Below, piece after piece: positions 39,796 through 48,447 of a DNA stretch of 64,000 nt. Made by a program: the position numbers and the translations under genes. The notes under the pieces are model-generated. The model was given only the letters and a program-made list of their open reading frames with translations, searched no databases and had not been told where the DNA came from. The first letter of the stretch is position 1; every line of letters starts with the position of its first letter. Source of the stretch: Myxococcota bacterium (lineage in GTDB: Bacteria > Myxococcota > Myxococcia > Myxococcales > Myxococcaceae); the NCBI GenBank assembly GCA_049322255.1, contig JBMORE010000022.1:1-64000 (forward strand), in the 5' to 3' direction.

Positions 39796-41358
39796 ATGCT
39801 CAACGACTCGGCCGCCCCCGTTCTTGCCATCAAGCAGTCGGCCTTGGAGGCGCTGGCGGCGCTCCTCCTCGAGCGCGCGGGGTTGAAGATTACGCCCGAC
39901 GGGTACTACGGCCTGCGGCTGGCGTTGTCGGCCCGCATGCCAGCGCTGGGCATCGCCGACGCCGACGAGTACGTGCAAAGGCTCAAACAGATCGCCGGCG
40001 AGCACGAGCTGCGCTCCTTGCTCCCGCTGGTCACGGTGGGCCACACCGAGTTTTTTCGCGACGCTCGGCAGTTCAACGCGCTGCAAGGTCGCATTCTGCC
40101 CGCGCTGGTCCAGCGGGCCCGGCGCGAGGGCCGCAAGGCGATGTTGTGGTCGGCCGGTTGCGCCACCGGGGAGGAACCCTACAGTCTGGCGATGGCCGCC
40201 GCCGAGCTGGGCGCCTCGCCTGAATGGGTGGACATCTGGGCCACCGACTTGAACCAGGCGGCGGTCGCCACGGCGCGGCTGGGCCGTTTCAGCCCACGAC
40301 GGCTGGCCGGCGTCTCCGGAGCGCGCTTGAAGCGCTTCTTCCGATTCGCCGAGGACAGCTACGAGGTGGTACCGCTGTTGCGCGAATACATTCGCTTCGA
40401 GGGGCTCAACCTCGCTGCGCCGGTGTTCCCCCACGTGCCTCGCGGCGGGCTCGACCTCATCCTCTGCCGGAACGTGATCATCTATTTCGACCTGTCCACC
40501 ATTCGCGCCCTGATGGGGCGCTTCTTCGAGGCGTTGCAGCCGGGAGGGGTGCTGCTCTTGGGCTACTCGGAGAGCCTCTTCAAGGTCTACGACGCCTTCG
40601 AGATGTTCGAGGTGGAGGGGACGTTCGCCTACCGGCGGCCCGGTGACGCCGAGGTGGTGCCCGGCGCCCGCATCGTGAAAATGCGGACCGGCGCAACCGA
40701 GCGCAAGAGCGGGTCGTTGGCGACGCCCTCCGGTTCTGGCGTGGAACGTCCGCGAGCTCGCCCCGCCGAGGTCCGGGCGGCGCCGGCCCGACCCGCGTCA
40801 CTTGCCCCACCTGTGCCGGAAGCGCATGCGGCGATGCTCAAGGAGGACTCCCCGGGAGATCGTCTGAGCGTCGCCGTGGAGAAGATGCACCACGGCGACT
40901 TCGAGGGCGCGCTGGCCACCGTAGAGAAGCTGTGCGCCGACCACCCCACCGATCTCAACGCGACCCTCACCCTGGGCAACCTGCACTCGCTGATGGGGCA
41001 GAACGCGCGGGCCCGCGCGGCCTTCGAGGCGGCGCTGGCGCTCGAGCCGTTGTGCGTCGAGGCACGCATCTTCTCCGGGCTGGCGGCGCTTCAGGTGGGC
41101 GCGCTGGAGGAGGCACGCTCCGAGCTCTCCAAGGCGCTCTTTCTCGAACCGGGGCTGGCGGTGGGACATTACCTGCTGGCCGAGGTGCTCGAGCGGCAAG
41201 GCGTGCAAGACGCCGCGCGCCGCTCGTACCGCAATGCCCTGGCGCAGCTGCGCTTCCCGCAGCGTCAGTTGGCGGGCCACTACCCAGAGCTGCCCGAATC
41301 GGCCGAGGCCATCGCGCGGGCCGCTCGGTATGCGCTGGCCTTGCTCTCGGAGGTTTGA
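39796..41358 (+). CDS. frzF: FrzF CheR methyltransferase with TPRs
   Basis: [35 protein letters not shown]-like C-terminus. Confidence 0.92.
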   Translation: MLNDSAAPVLAIKQSALEALAALLLERAGLKITPDGYYGLRLALSARMPALGIADADEYVQRLKQIAGEHELRSLLPLVTVGHTEFFRDARQFNALQGRILPALVQRARREGRKAMLWSAGCATGEEPYSLAMAAAELGASPEWVDIWATDLNQAAVATARLGRFSPRRLAGVSGARLKRFFRFAEDSYEVVPLLREYIRFEGLNLAAPVFPHVPRGGLDLILCRNVIIYFDLSTIRALMGRFFEALQPGGVLLLGYSESLFKVYDAFEMFEVEGTFAYRRPGDAEVVPGARIVKMRTGATERKSGSLATPSGSGVERPRARPAEVRAAPARPASLAPPVPEAHAAMLKEDSPGDRLSVAVEKMHHGDFEGALATVEKLCADHPTDLNATLTLGNLHSLMGQNARARAAFEAALALEPLCVEARIFSGLAALQVGALEEARSELSKALFLEPGLAVGHYLLAEVLERQGVQDAARRSYRNALAQLRFPQRQLAGHYPELPESAEAIARAARYALALLSEV

Positions 41359-41363
41359 AGAGG

Positions 41364-41681
41364 TCAGGCGAGCCCTTCGACGTCGGCGAGGCTCTTTTGG
41401 GGGTCGAGGTAGTCGCCGAACTTCCGGGTCAGGTACTTCTGTGCCTGTCCGCGAAGGAGCATGCCCGGGTCGGTCGCTTCGCCTCCGACCTTACCCTCCA
41501 ACACCTCGAGGTGGCCGTCGATCGACACCCCCATGGCCTTGCCCGCCAAGGTGGCGCGGTCGCCGGCCCACTGCGCCTTCACGCCGTACTTGGTGCCCCA
41601 ATGGCGCAGGAGTGCCTCCACCCGCTTCTTCGCCTCGTCTTTCGAGAGGGTGTGCGGCACCTCGAACTTGAGCATTCCCAT
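41364..41681 (-). CDS. Putative polyhydroxyalkanoic acid system family small protein
   Basis: VPHTLSKDEAKKRV..KYGVKAQWAGD; ATG after AAGGGAG. Confidence 0.7.
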   Translation of the reverse strand: MGMLKFEVPHTLSKDEAKKRVEALLRHWGTKYGVKAQWAGDRATLAGKAMGVSIDGHLEVLEGKVGGEATDPGMLLRGQAQKYLTRKFGDYLDPQKSLADVEGLA

Positions 41682-41777
41682 CGTTGTCGTCGCTCCCTTC
41701 ACGTCGGTGAACGTTTCGATTGGCACTGCTTGCCCCCGGTGTAGCTTCGCGCGGCATCATACGACCGGGGTGGTGGC

Positions 41778-42977
41778 ATGCGCGTGCTCGTCGCTGACGA
41801 ATTTTCCAAGAGGCACCTCGATGCTCTCAAAGGGTTGGGGCTCACCGTCGACTTTGCGCCGAAGCTCGAGGCCGACCAACTGCCCGAGGCAGCCAAGGAC
41901 GCCTCGATCTTGATCGTCCGCAGCACCGAGGTGAGAAGGCAGGTGTTCGAGAACGCCAAGGCACTCTCGCTGGTGATCCGGGCGGGGGCGGGGGTGAATA
42001 CCATCGACGTCGCCGCTGCTTCGCAAGGAGGCGTCTACGTCGCCAACTGCCCCGGCCAGAACGCCGCCGCGGTGGCCGAGTTGACGATGGGGCTCATCCT
42101 CGCGGTGGATCGGCGCATTCCCGACGAGGTGGCCGACCTGCACCGGGGCAAGTGGAACAAGAAGAAGTACTCACAGGCCAAAGGGCTTTGGGGCCGAACG
42201 CTGTCGATCATCGGGATGGGGTCGATCGGCAGCGCGGTGGGTCAACGCGCCAAGGCCTTCGGTATGCGGGTGGTGGGGTATTCGCGCAGCTTCGACGCCA
42301 CACGGGCGCAAGGAGTGGGTTTTGGGCGCGCCGACAGCCTGATCGCCGCCGCGCGCGAGGCCGACGTCCTCTCGGTACACACGCCGGCCAGCCAACAGAC
42401 CAAAGGGCTCATCTCCCGCGAGGTGCTCGCCGCGCTCAAGACGGGTGCGCTCTTCGTCAACACCTCCCGGGCCGAGGTGGTGGACCAAGCAGCCCTCTTC
42501 GAGGAGGCGAAATCGGGCCGACTGTGGGTCGCCACCGACGTCTTCGCAAAGGAGCCTCCAGCAGGGGAGGCCGACTTTCGAAGCGAGCTGGCGCAGCTTC
42601 CCAACGTCTACGGCACCCACCACATCGGGGCCTCCACCGAGCAGGCGCAAAGCGCGATCGCCGACGAGGCGGTGCGCATCGTCGCCAGCTACCTCACCCA
42701 AGGAGTGGTGCCCAACTGCGTCAACGTGGCCGAAAAGACCCCGGCGCGCTTCCAGCTCATCGTGCGCCACTACGACCGGGTGGGTGTGCTCGCCAACGTG
42801 CTGGCCGAGGTGCGCAACGCCGGCATCAACGCGCAAGAAGTCGAGAACACCGTCTTCGAGGGCGCCGCCGCCGCCTGCTGCAAGATTCAGCTCGACTCCC
42901 GTCCGAGCGAGGAAGCCCTGGCTCGCATCCGTGGCCGAACGGACGAGGTGATTTTTGCCGAGCTCATCGAGCTGTAG
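41778..42977 (+). CDS. serA: D-3-phosphoglycerate dehydrogenase-like protein with ACT domain
   Basis: RAGAGVNTID, GMGSIG, NTSR, HIGASTEQAQ, H.DRVGVLA. Confidence 0.85.
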   Translation: MRVLVADEFSKRHLDALKGLGLTVDFAPKLEADQLPEAAKDASILIVRSTEVRRQVFENAKALSLVIRAGAGVNTIDVAAASQGGVYVANCPGQNAAAVAELTMGLILAVDRRIPDEVADLHRGKWNKKKYSQAKGLWGRTLSIIGMGSIGSAVGQRAKAFGMRVVGYSRSFDATRAQGVGFGRADSLIAAAREADVLSVHTPASQQTKGLISREVLAALKTGALFVNTSRAEVVDQAALFEEAKSGRLWVATDVFAKEPPAGEADFRSELAQLPNVYGTHHIGASTEQAQSAIADEAVRIVASYLTQGVVPNCVNVAEKTPARFQLIVRHYDRVGVLANVLAEVRNAGINAQEVENTVFEGAAAACCKIQLDSRPSEEALARIRGRTDEVIFAELIEL

Positions 42978-43052
42978 CCTTCGGAGAGGGGATCGTCAGC
43001 GATTGACCGCTCCTTGGCATCGGCGAAGATACGCCACGAAAGGAACGACCCC

Positions 43053-44234
43053 GTGACGCTTCGCTTCGTGCTCACCGCCGCGCTGCTCTACCCCGTGCTC
43101 GCCGCTGCACAGGACACGCCGCCCATCGACACCCTGCCGCCCCCCAAGAAGACGATTGTCGTTCCGGTACCCGCGGTGAGCGCTGACGAGGAAGAGGCGG
43201 CGCGAAAGAAGAAGGAGGCCGAGGCCAAGCAGGCCGCTCCGCTCGGGGTGCCGCTGCCCGCGGAGAGCTCTGCCCCGCAAGCGGAAGCGCCAGCGCCGCC
43301 TTCGTTGCCTCCGGCGCCGGAGGCTGCTCCGCTCGAGGAGGTCCCCTCACTGCCGCTGACGCCGAGCGAGCCTCCCTCCGCGGCCGAGGCCGCCCCTGAG
43401 GTGCCCACCGGAGCGATGCTCGACGGTCATCCGCGCGAAGGGGCTTTCCTCGCCGGTCCGGGGAGTCTGACCTTCGTCCTCCACCACACCATTTTGCTGG
43501 GCGCCGGCGGTCTGGCCACCCAGATCGCCAACCGCGGGTTTCAGCTCGATCTTGCCAGCCGCGAGGCGATGCTGGCGGGAACGTTGATTGGTGCAGGCCT
43601 CGGCTTCGGTGTTTCGGCGTGGTGGCAGTTCAACCACTGGATCGACCACCCCGCGGCGACCTTTGGAATCGTGAACTCGGTGACGAGCGCCATGTTCTTC
43701 ACCGGGCTGGTCGACCTCTTCTCCAACGACCCCACGCTGCTCACCTGGACCGCGCTGCTCGGCGCCGAGCTGGGGGCATGGTTGACGGCGACCATCGGCG
43801 GCGGGGAGATGCCGCTTCACCACGGCTTGCTCATCGCCTCGGGTGGCGCGTGGGCGCTTTTGTACGCGTCCTTGCTCTTGGCGATCATCGGCACCAGCTC
43901 GACCACACCCGACCCCACCGGGGTGGTGAACACACTGCTCATCGCTCCAGGAATAGGTGCGGGGGCGATGGCGCTGGCCACCATGCGCTACAGCCCAACC
44001 ACGGCGCAAATTCTTCGGGCCGACGTCTTCGGTGCCGGCGTGGGTGGTGCGGTGCTGCTGCTCTCGGCGCTCGTCTTGGGGAACTTCAAGATCCCCACTC
44101 CTTACGTGCTGTCGCTTTTGTCTTCGGCGGGCGCGATCGCCGCCGTCAGCTTGCTCTGGGAGGAGTCCGCAGAGCGCCCGGCCCTCTACCGCGACCCCGA
44201 GAAAGACCGCCCGTACCGCACCGTCTGGTGGTGA
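43053..44234 (+). CDS. Signal-peptide, Pro-rich linker, multi-helix Gly-rich membrane protein
   Basis: GTG after AAGGA; signal peptide; many Gly-rich hydrophobic segments. Confidence 0.75.
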   Translation: MTLRFVLTAALLYPVLAAAQDTPPIDTLPPPKKTIVVPVPAVSADEEEAARKKKEAEAKQAAPLGVPLPAESSAPQAEAPAPPSLPPAPEAAPLEEVPSLPLTPSEPPSAAEAAPEVPTGAMLDGHPREGAFLAGPGSLTFVLHHTILLGAGGLATQIANRGFQLDLASREAMLAGTLIGAGLGFGVSAWWQFNHWIDHPAATFGIVNSVTSAMFFTGLVDLFSNDPTLLTWTALLGAELGAWLTATIGGGEMPLHHGLLIASGGAWALLYASLLLAIIGTSSTTPDPTGVVNTLLIAPGIGAGAMALATMRYSPTTAQILRADVFGAGVGGAVLLLSALVLGNFKIPTPYVLSLLSSAGAIAAVSLLWEESAERPALYRDPEKDRPYRTVWW

Positions 44235-44289
44235 GCGCTGCCCTCTCACGGGCTGGCCGCGCGCGCTCTCGGCCCCCACCTTTGCGCGC

Positions 44290-45384
44290 ATGGCGACCAT
44301 TCACCCGTTCGTGGCGCACCGCTACTCGAACATGGCGGAATTGGGCACGCGCCTGCTCGCCCGGTCGGTCGGCCTCGAAGAGACGCGCACCGCTCCTGGC
44401 GGACTCGTGGTCGACGGGCCCAAGGGGTATTACCTGCTCGAGCTGCTCTCCACAGCCGGCGCCGATGCGAGGCGTCCTTTCGCGCGCTTCGTCTTGTGCG
44501 CGCTGTCCGACGGAGACGGGGCGCTCGAGCTGGAGGAGACGGACTCTCGGCCGGAGCGTGCTGGGAGCGACCCGGTCGTCGCGCTCGCTGCTGACGATCG
44601 TCAGGTGTTGTACCGGTGGCTGGGGGAGGTCCCCCAAGAGCGCCCACCCGACTGGGAGGCGCGCGCCATGGGGCAGACGGTGCACCTGTGGCGATTGGGC
44701 ACCACGAGCCTGACCCGGCGCATCGCGGCGCACCTCTCGGAGACCCAACTGCGGACTTTGCGCCCGGTGCCTCGGAGAGGCCCGTGCTTGGCAGCGGTGG
44801 CCTCGCTCGCCGACCCCGGGCTCGCCCTGCTGCCGATTCACCGCGGCATCCGCGAGGTTCCCACCTTCCATCCCGAGCGCTTCTTGACCGTGGTGGGCGG
44901 CTACGCCCGGGTGCACGACCTCGAAGAGCGGATCGACACGCCCCAAGGCCTGCGCGCGGCCCAAGAACACTTGGCGTCGATGGCCGCCGGGACGCACGCG
45001 GTGCTCTTGGTGCTCCCGGGCGGGGAGGGGAAGGTTTTACGCTTTCGCCAGCGGCTCGACGAAGCCCAGATCAAGGCCGCTCCGAAAAACCCCACGCTGC
45101 GCGCGCTGGATTTGGCGCTGCTCAACTCGATGGTGCTGCGCACGGTGCTCGGGGTGGTCAAGCCCGAAGCGCTCGACCAGCGGCAGGTGTTCGCCGTGCC
45201 CACGCTGCCCTCGTTGGTGAAGTCGGTGGAGGAGGGCTGGTTCCAGGCCGGGTTCGCGCTCAACCCGCCTCCGCTCTGGGAGATTCGCGCGGTGATGGAG
45301 GCGGGGGCGAAGCTGCCCAGGCTCACTCTCACCGTCGACCCCGAGCCGCCCGGAGGCTTGCTCTTCTTGGGCCCGGAGGGCTGA
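44290..45384 (+). CDS. DUF1015-like protein (divergent)
   Basis: MATIHPF start, DPGLALLPIHR, FALNP..VMEAGAKLP; near serA. Confidence 0.65.
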   Translation: MATIHPFVAHRYSNMAELGTRLLARSVGLEETRTAPGGLVVDGPKGYYLLELLSTAGADARRPFARFVLCALSDGDGALELEETDSRPERAGSDPVVALAADDRQVLYRWLGEVPQERPPDWEARAMGQTVHLWRLGTTSLTRRIAAHLSETQLRTLRPVPRRGPCLAAVASLADPGLALLPIHRGIREVPTFHPERFLTVVGGYARVHDLEERIDTPQGLRAAQEHLASMAAGTHAVLLVLPGGEGKVLRFRQRLDEAQIKAAPKNPTLRALDLALLNSMVLRTVLGVVKPEALDQRQVFAVPTLPSLVKSVEEGWFQAGFALNPPPLWEIRAVMEAGAKLPRLTLTVDPEPPGGLLFLGPEG

Positions 45385-46124
45385 TGTGGACCACGCCTCC
45401 CTTGGGTCCCGGGCCCGACGAGACGTGTGACTCCATCTGCGGCGTGCGGGTGTTACAGCGCGCGCAAGGTTACCGGGTGAGCCTCGACCCGATTCTCCTC
45501 GCCCAGTTCGCTGCGCGAAAAAGGCCAAAGGGAGCGGTCATCGATCTGGGCGCCGGCTCGGGGGTGATTTCGCTGCTCTTGGCGGCGCGCTTCAGGTGGA
45601 AGAGCGTCACCGCGCTCGAGCTTCAGCCATCGCTCTACGAGCTGGCCACGCGCAACGTGCGGCTCAATCACCTGGAGGGTGACGTGCACGTGGTGCTCGG
45701 CGACTTACGCGACGTGCGGCTGAGCTTTCCCGGGGGAGCGTTTGCCCATGCGGTGTGCAACCCTCCGTTCGGCGCGCGAGAGAGCGGCTGGACGAACCCA
45801 GAGGCGGAAAGGGCGATCGCCCGCCACGAGCTCACCTGTGACGTGGGCGATGTCGTTGCTGCCGCCGCCTACCTGCTTGCCAGCCGTGGCAAGTTGTTCG
45901 TGGTGCACCCGGCCAGCCGTTTGGCGAGCCTCATCCAGACGTTGCGCCAGCACCGCCTCGAGCCGCGCCGCCTGCGGCTGGTGTACCCGCGCGCACGTTC
46001 GAGCGCCCACCGTGTGCTGGTGGAGGCGGTGAAGGAGGCGCGCGAAGGGCTCGAGCTGCTTCCCCCGCTGGTCGTCCACCGTGACGACGGACACTTCACC
46101 GACGAGCTGCGCACGATGCTTTAG
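45384..46124 (+). CDS. tRNA1(Val) A37 N6-methyltransferase family protein
   Basis: GYRVSLDPILLAQF, DLGAGSG, CNPPF, ARHE. Confidence 0.85.
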   Translation: MWTTPPLGPGPDETCDSICGVRVLQRAQGYRVSLDPILLAQFAARKRPKGAVIDLGAGSGVISLLLAARFRWKSVTALELQPSLYELATRNVRLNHLEGDVHVVLGDLRDVRLSFPGGAFAHAVCNPPFGARESGWTNPEAERAIARHELTCDVGDVVAAAAYLLASRGKLFVVHPASRLASLIQTLRQHRLEPRRLRLVYPRARSSAHRVLVEAVKEAREGLELLPPLVVHRDDGHFTDELRTML

Positions 46125-46174
46125 AGCCACCCCTTTTTGCGCCGCCCCCTCTCGTTGATTAGGCTTTCCCGGCG

Positions 46175-47143
46175 TTGAGCTACCCCCTGCATCGCCCCCG
46201 GCGGCTGCGCCGCTCCGAGCCCCTTCGCCGCATGGTGCGGGAGACGTCGCTCTCCCCCGACGACTTCATCTACCCGCTCTTCGTGGTCGAGGGGCGCGGG
46301 GTGAAAAGGCCGATTGCCTCGATGCCCGGTGTGTTCAACCTCTCGACCGAGCTTGCGGTGGAGGAGGCCCGCCAGGCCGCCTCGCTGGGCGTGCCCTCGG
46401 TCATTCTCTTCGGAATTCCCGACCACAAAGACGCTCAGGGCAGCGGCGCTTACGCGAAAGACGGCGTGGTGCAGAAGGCGATCGCCGAGCTCAAGGCCGC
46501 TCTGCCGGCGCTGCAAGTCATCGCCGACGTGTGCTTGTGCGAGTACACCGACCACGGCCACTGCGGGGTGGTGGCCCGCCAGGAGGTGCAAAACGACCCC
46601 ACCTTGCCCTTGCTGGCGAAGATGGCGGTGAGCTGCGCCGAGGCGGGGGCTGACGTCATCGCCCCCTCGGACATGATGGACGGGCGGGTGGGGGTCATTC
46701 GCCGCGCGCTCGACGAGGGAGGGTTTTCGGGAGTGCCGATCATGAGCTACGCGGCGAAGTACGCCTCGGGCTTCTATGGGCCGTTTCGCGACGCCGCGCA
46801 GAGCGCTCCGCAGTTCGGTGATCGCCGCGGCTACCAGATGGACCCGGCCAACGCTCGCGAGGCCCTCAAGGAAGTCGCGCTCGATCTGGAGGAAGGCGCC
46901 GACATCGTCATGGTCAAACCGGCGCTGGCCTACCTCGACGTCATCGCAAAGGTGAAGGCGCGCTTCGACGTCCCGGTGGCCGCCTACAACGTCTCGGGCG
47001 AGTTTGCGATGCTCAAGGCCGGCGCCCAGCTGGGGTGGATCGACCATGACCGGGTGATGATGGAGGTGCTCACCTCGATCAAGCGCGCGGGGGCCGACCT
47101 CATTCTCACCTACCACGCGGTGGAGGCGGCGAAGCTCCTTTGA
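46175..47143 (+). CDS. hemB: Porphobilinogen synthase
   Basis: [39 protein letters not shown]. Confidence 0.97.
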   Translation: MSYPLHRPRRLRRSEPLRRMVRETSLSPDDFIYPLFVVEGRGVKRPIASMPGVFNLSTELAVEEARQAASLGVPSVILFGIPDHKDAQGSGAYAKDGVVQKAIAELKAALPALQVIADVCLCEYTDHGHCGVVARQEVQNDPTLPLLAKMAVSCAEAGADVIAPSDMMDGRVGVIRRALDEGGFSGVPIMSYAAKYASGFYGPFRDAAQSAPQFGDRRGYQMDPANAREALKEVALDLEEGADIVMVKPALAYLDVIAKVKARFDVPVAAYNVSGEFAMLKAGAQLGWIDHDRVMMEVLTSIKRAGADLILTYHAVEAAKLL

Positions 47144-47147
47144 AGCG

Positions 47148-47354
47148 CTATTCGGACCTGGCGCCCTTTTGGTTGCGTCGAACCAGCTCGCGGCGCAGCG
47201 CCCGCGCCGCCCGGAGCTGAGCGGCAATCGCCTTCTTCAGCTCTTCGTTCACCCTTCGGCCGAGCTCCCGCTGGTACGCCGCCGTCTCCCGCCGCGCGCG
47301 TCGGGCCCCGGTCGCTGGCGCCGGGCCTTGCTTCACGCTCTTGCGCGCTGCCAT
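47148..47354 (-). CDS. Small basic hypothetical protein (68 aa)
   Basis: AAAGGAG RBS before ATG at 47354; Arg/Lys/Ala-rich helical sequence. Confidence 0.6.
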   Translation of the reverse strand: MAARKSVKQGPAPATGARRARRETAAYQRELGRRVNEELKKAIAAQLRAARALRRELVRRNQKGARSE

Positions 47355-47531
47355 CGAAAGCTCTCCTTTCGTCAAGAAGCTGGGGCCGCCGGGGGCGCTC
47401 CCGCAACCACAGTGTCATCGGCCCGCCTGCTCGACGGCCGAGCACCTTGACATCGGCGAACGCCCGTCGCGTGTTGACGGACTCGAGGACTTCGCGAGGC
47501 TTGAACCACGGCGGAGGATCGGGCGAAATGG

Positions 47532-47795
47532 ATGATGCGCATGAAAAAGCAGTCACGACGTGAGCGCTCCGGCGTCGGTCCGCTCCTCTACAAGGTCGTC
47601 GAGCTCTCCACCGTCGACGAAGGCTCGCTCGAGCACACGGTGAACGAGTGGTCTGGCCAGGGTTGGAATTTGGAGAACGTGCAGTTCGCCATGCGCGAGT
47701 CCTCGAAACGGCCATCGATGGCTTTCGTCTTCTTCACCCGCCAGGGGCAACCCGAAAAAGAGGCTGCCGGCGAGGTCGATGGGCCGGAGCTCTAA
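47532..47795 (+). CDS. DUF4177-like small protein
   Basis: YKVVEL..LEHTVNEWSGQGW. Confidence 0.65.
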   Translation: MMRMKKQSRRERSGVGPLLYKVVELSTVDEGSLEHTVNEWSGQGWNLENVQFAMRESSKRPSMAFVFFTRQGQPEKEAAGEVDGPEL

Positions 47796-47797
47796 GA

Positions 47798-48424
47798 GTG
47801 GGCCAGAACGATCCAACGCGTGCCCCCGAGCGCCGCGGCCTGCGCGTGGTCAGCGAGGAGGAGGGTTCTCCGTACCCCAAGGCTTCGCTTTTGTTGCGCG
47901 GGGCTGCCCGCCTCATCGACCTCGCCGTCGCCTACGGCCTGTACCGAATCGCCGGCCCGGCGGGGGTGGTGACGGCGCTGCTCTACCTGCTTTTCGCCGA
48001 TGGAATGTTTCAGGGCCAGAGCGTGGGGAAGCGGCTGTGTGGAGTGAAGGTCATCTACCTGCCTACCCGAGCGGCGGCCCGCTACCGGGACAGTGTGCTG
48101 CGCAACGCTCCGTTCGGGCTGGTGATGATTTTGGGGATGATGCCCGACTTGGGCGACAAGGCCTTCGTCGCGGGGACGCTGGTGATCGGCGGCGTCGAAG
48201 CCTTCAAAGTGGTGCGTGACGCCCTGGGTATTCGCCTCGGCGACGTTTGGGCGCAGACGCAGGTGATCGACGGCAAGGTGGTGGCGGGTCACGGAATTCT
48301 CAGCGCTCCCGACAGCACCCGCGCGGCGGGAAGAGTGATGAGAGGGGGCAACGGGCTGTCGTCGGCCCCGCGCGACAAAAGCGGGTGTCAGGGGCCCGCG
48401 GCGATGGGCGAATTCGTTTCGTAA
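47798..48424 (+). CDS. RDD family membrane protein
   Basis: RGAARLID, GQSVGKRLCGVKV, RLGDVWAQTQV. Confidence 0.85.
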   Translation: MGQNDPTRAPERRGLRVVSEEEGSPYPKASLLLRGAARLIDLAVAYGLYRIAGPAGVVTALLYLLFADGMFQGQSVGKRLCGVKVIYLPTRAAARYRDSVLRNAPFGLVMILGMMPDLGDKAFVAGTLVIGGVEAFKVVRDALGIRLGDVWAQTQVIDGKVVAGHGILSAPDSTRAAGRVMRGGNGLSSAPRDKSGCQGPAAMGEFVS

Positions 48425-48447
48425 CAAGCAGTAGGGAGGAGGACTTT

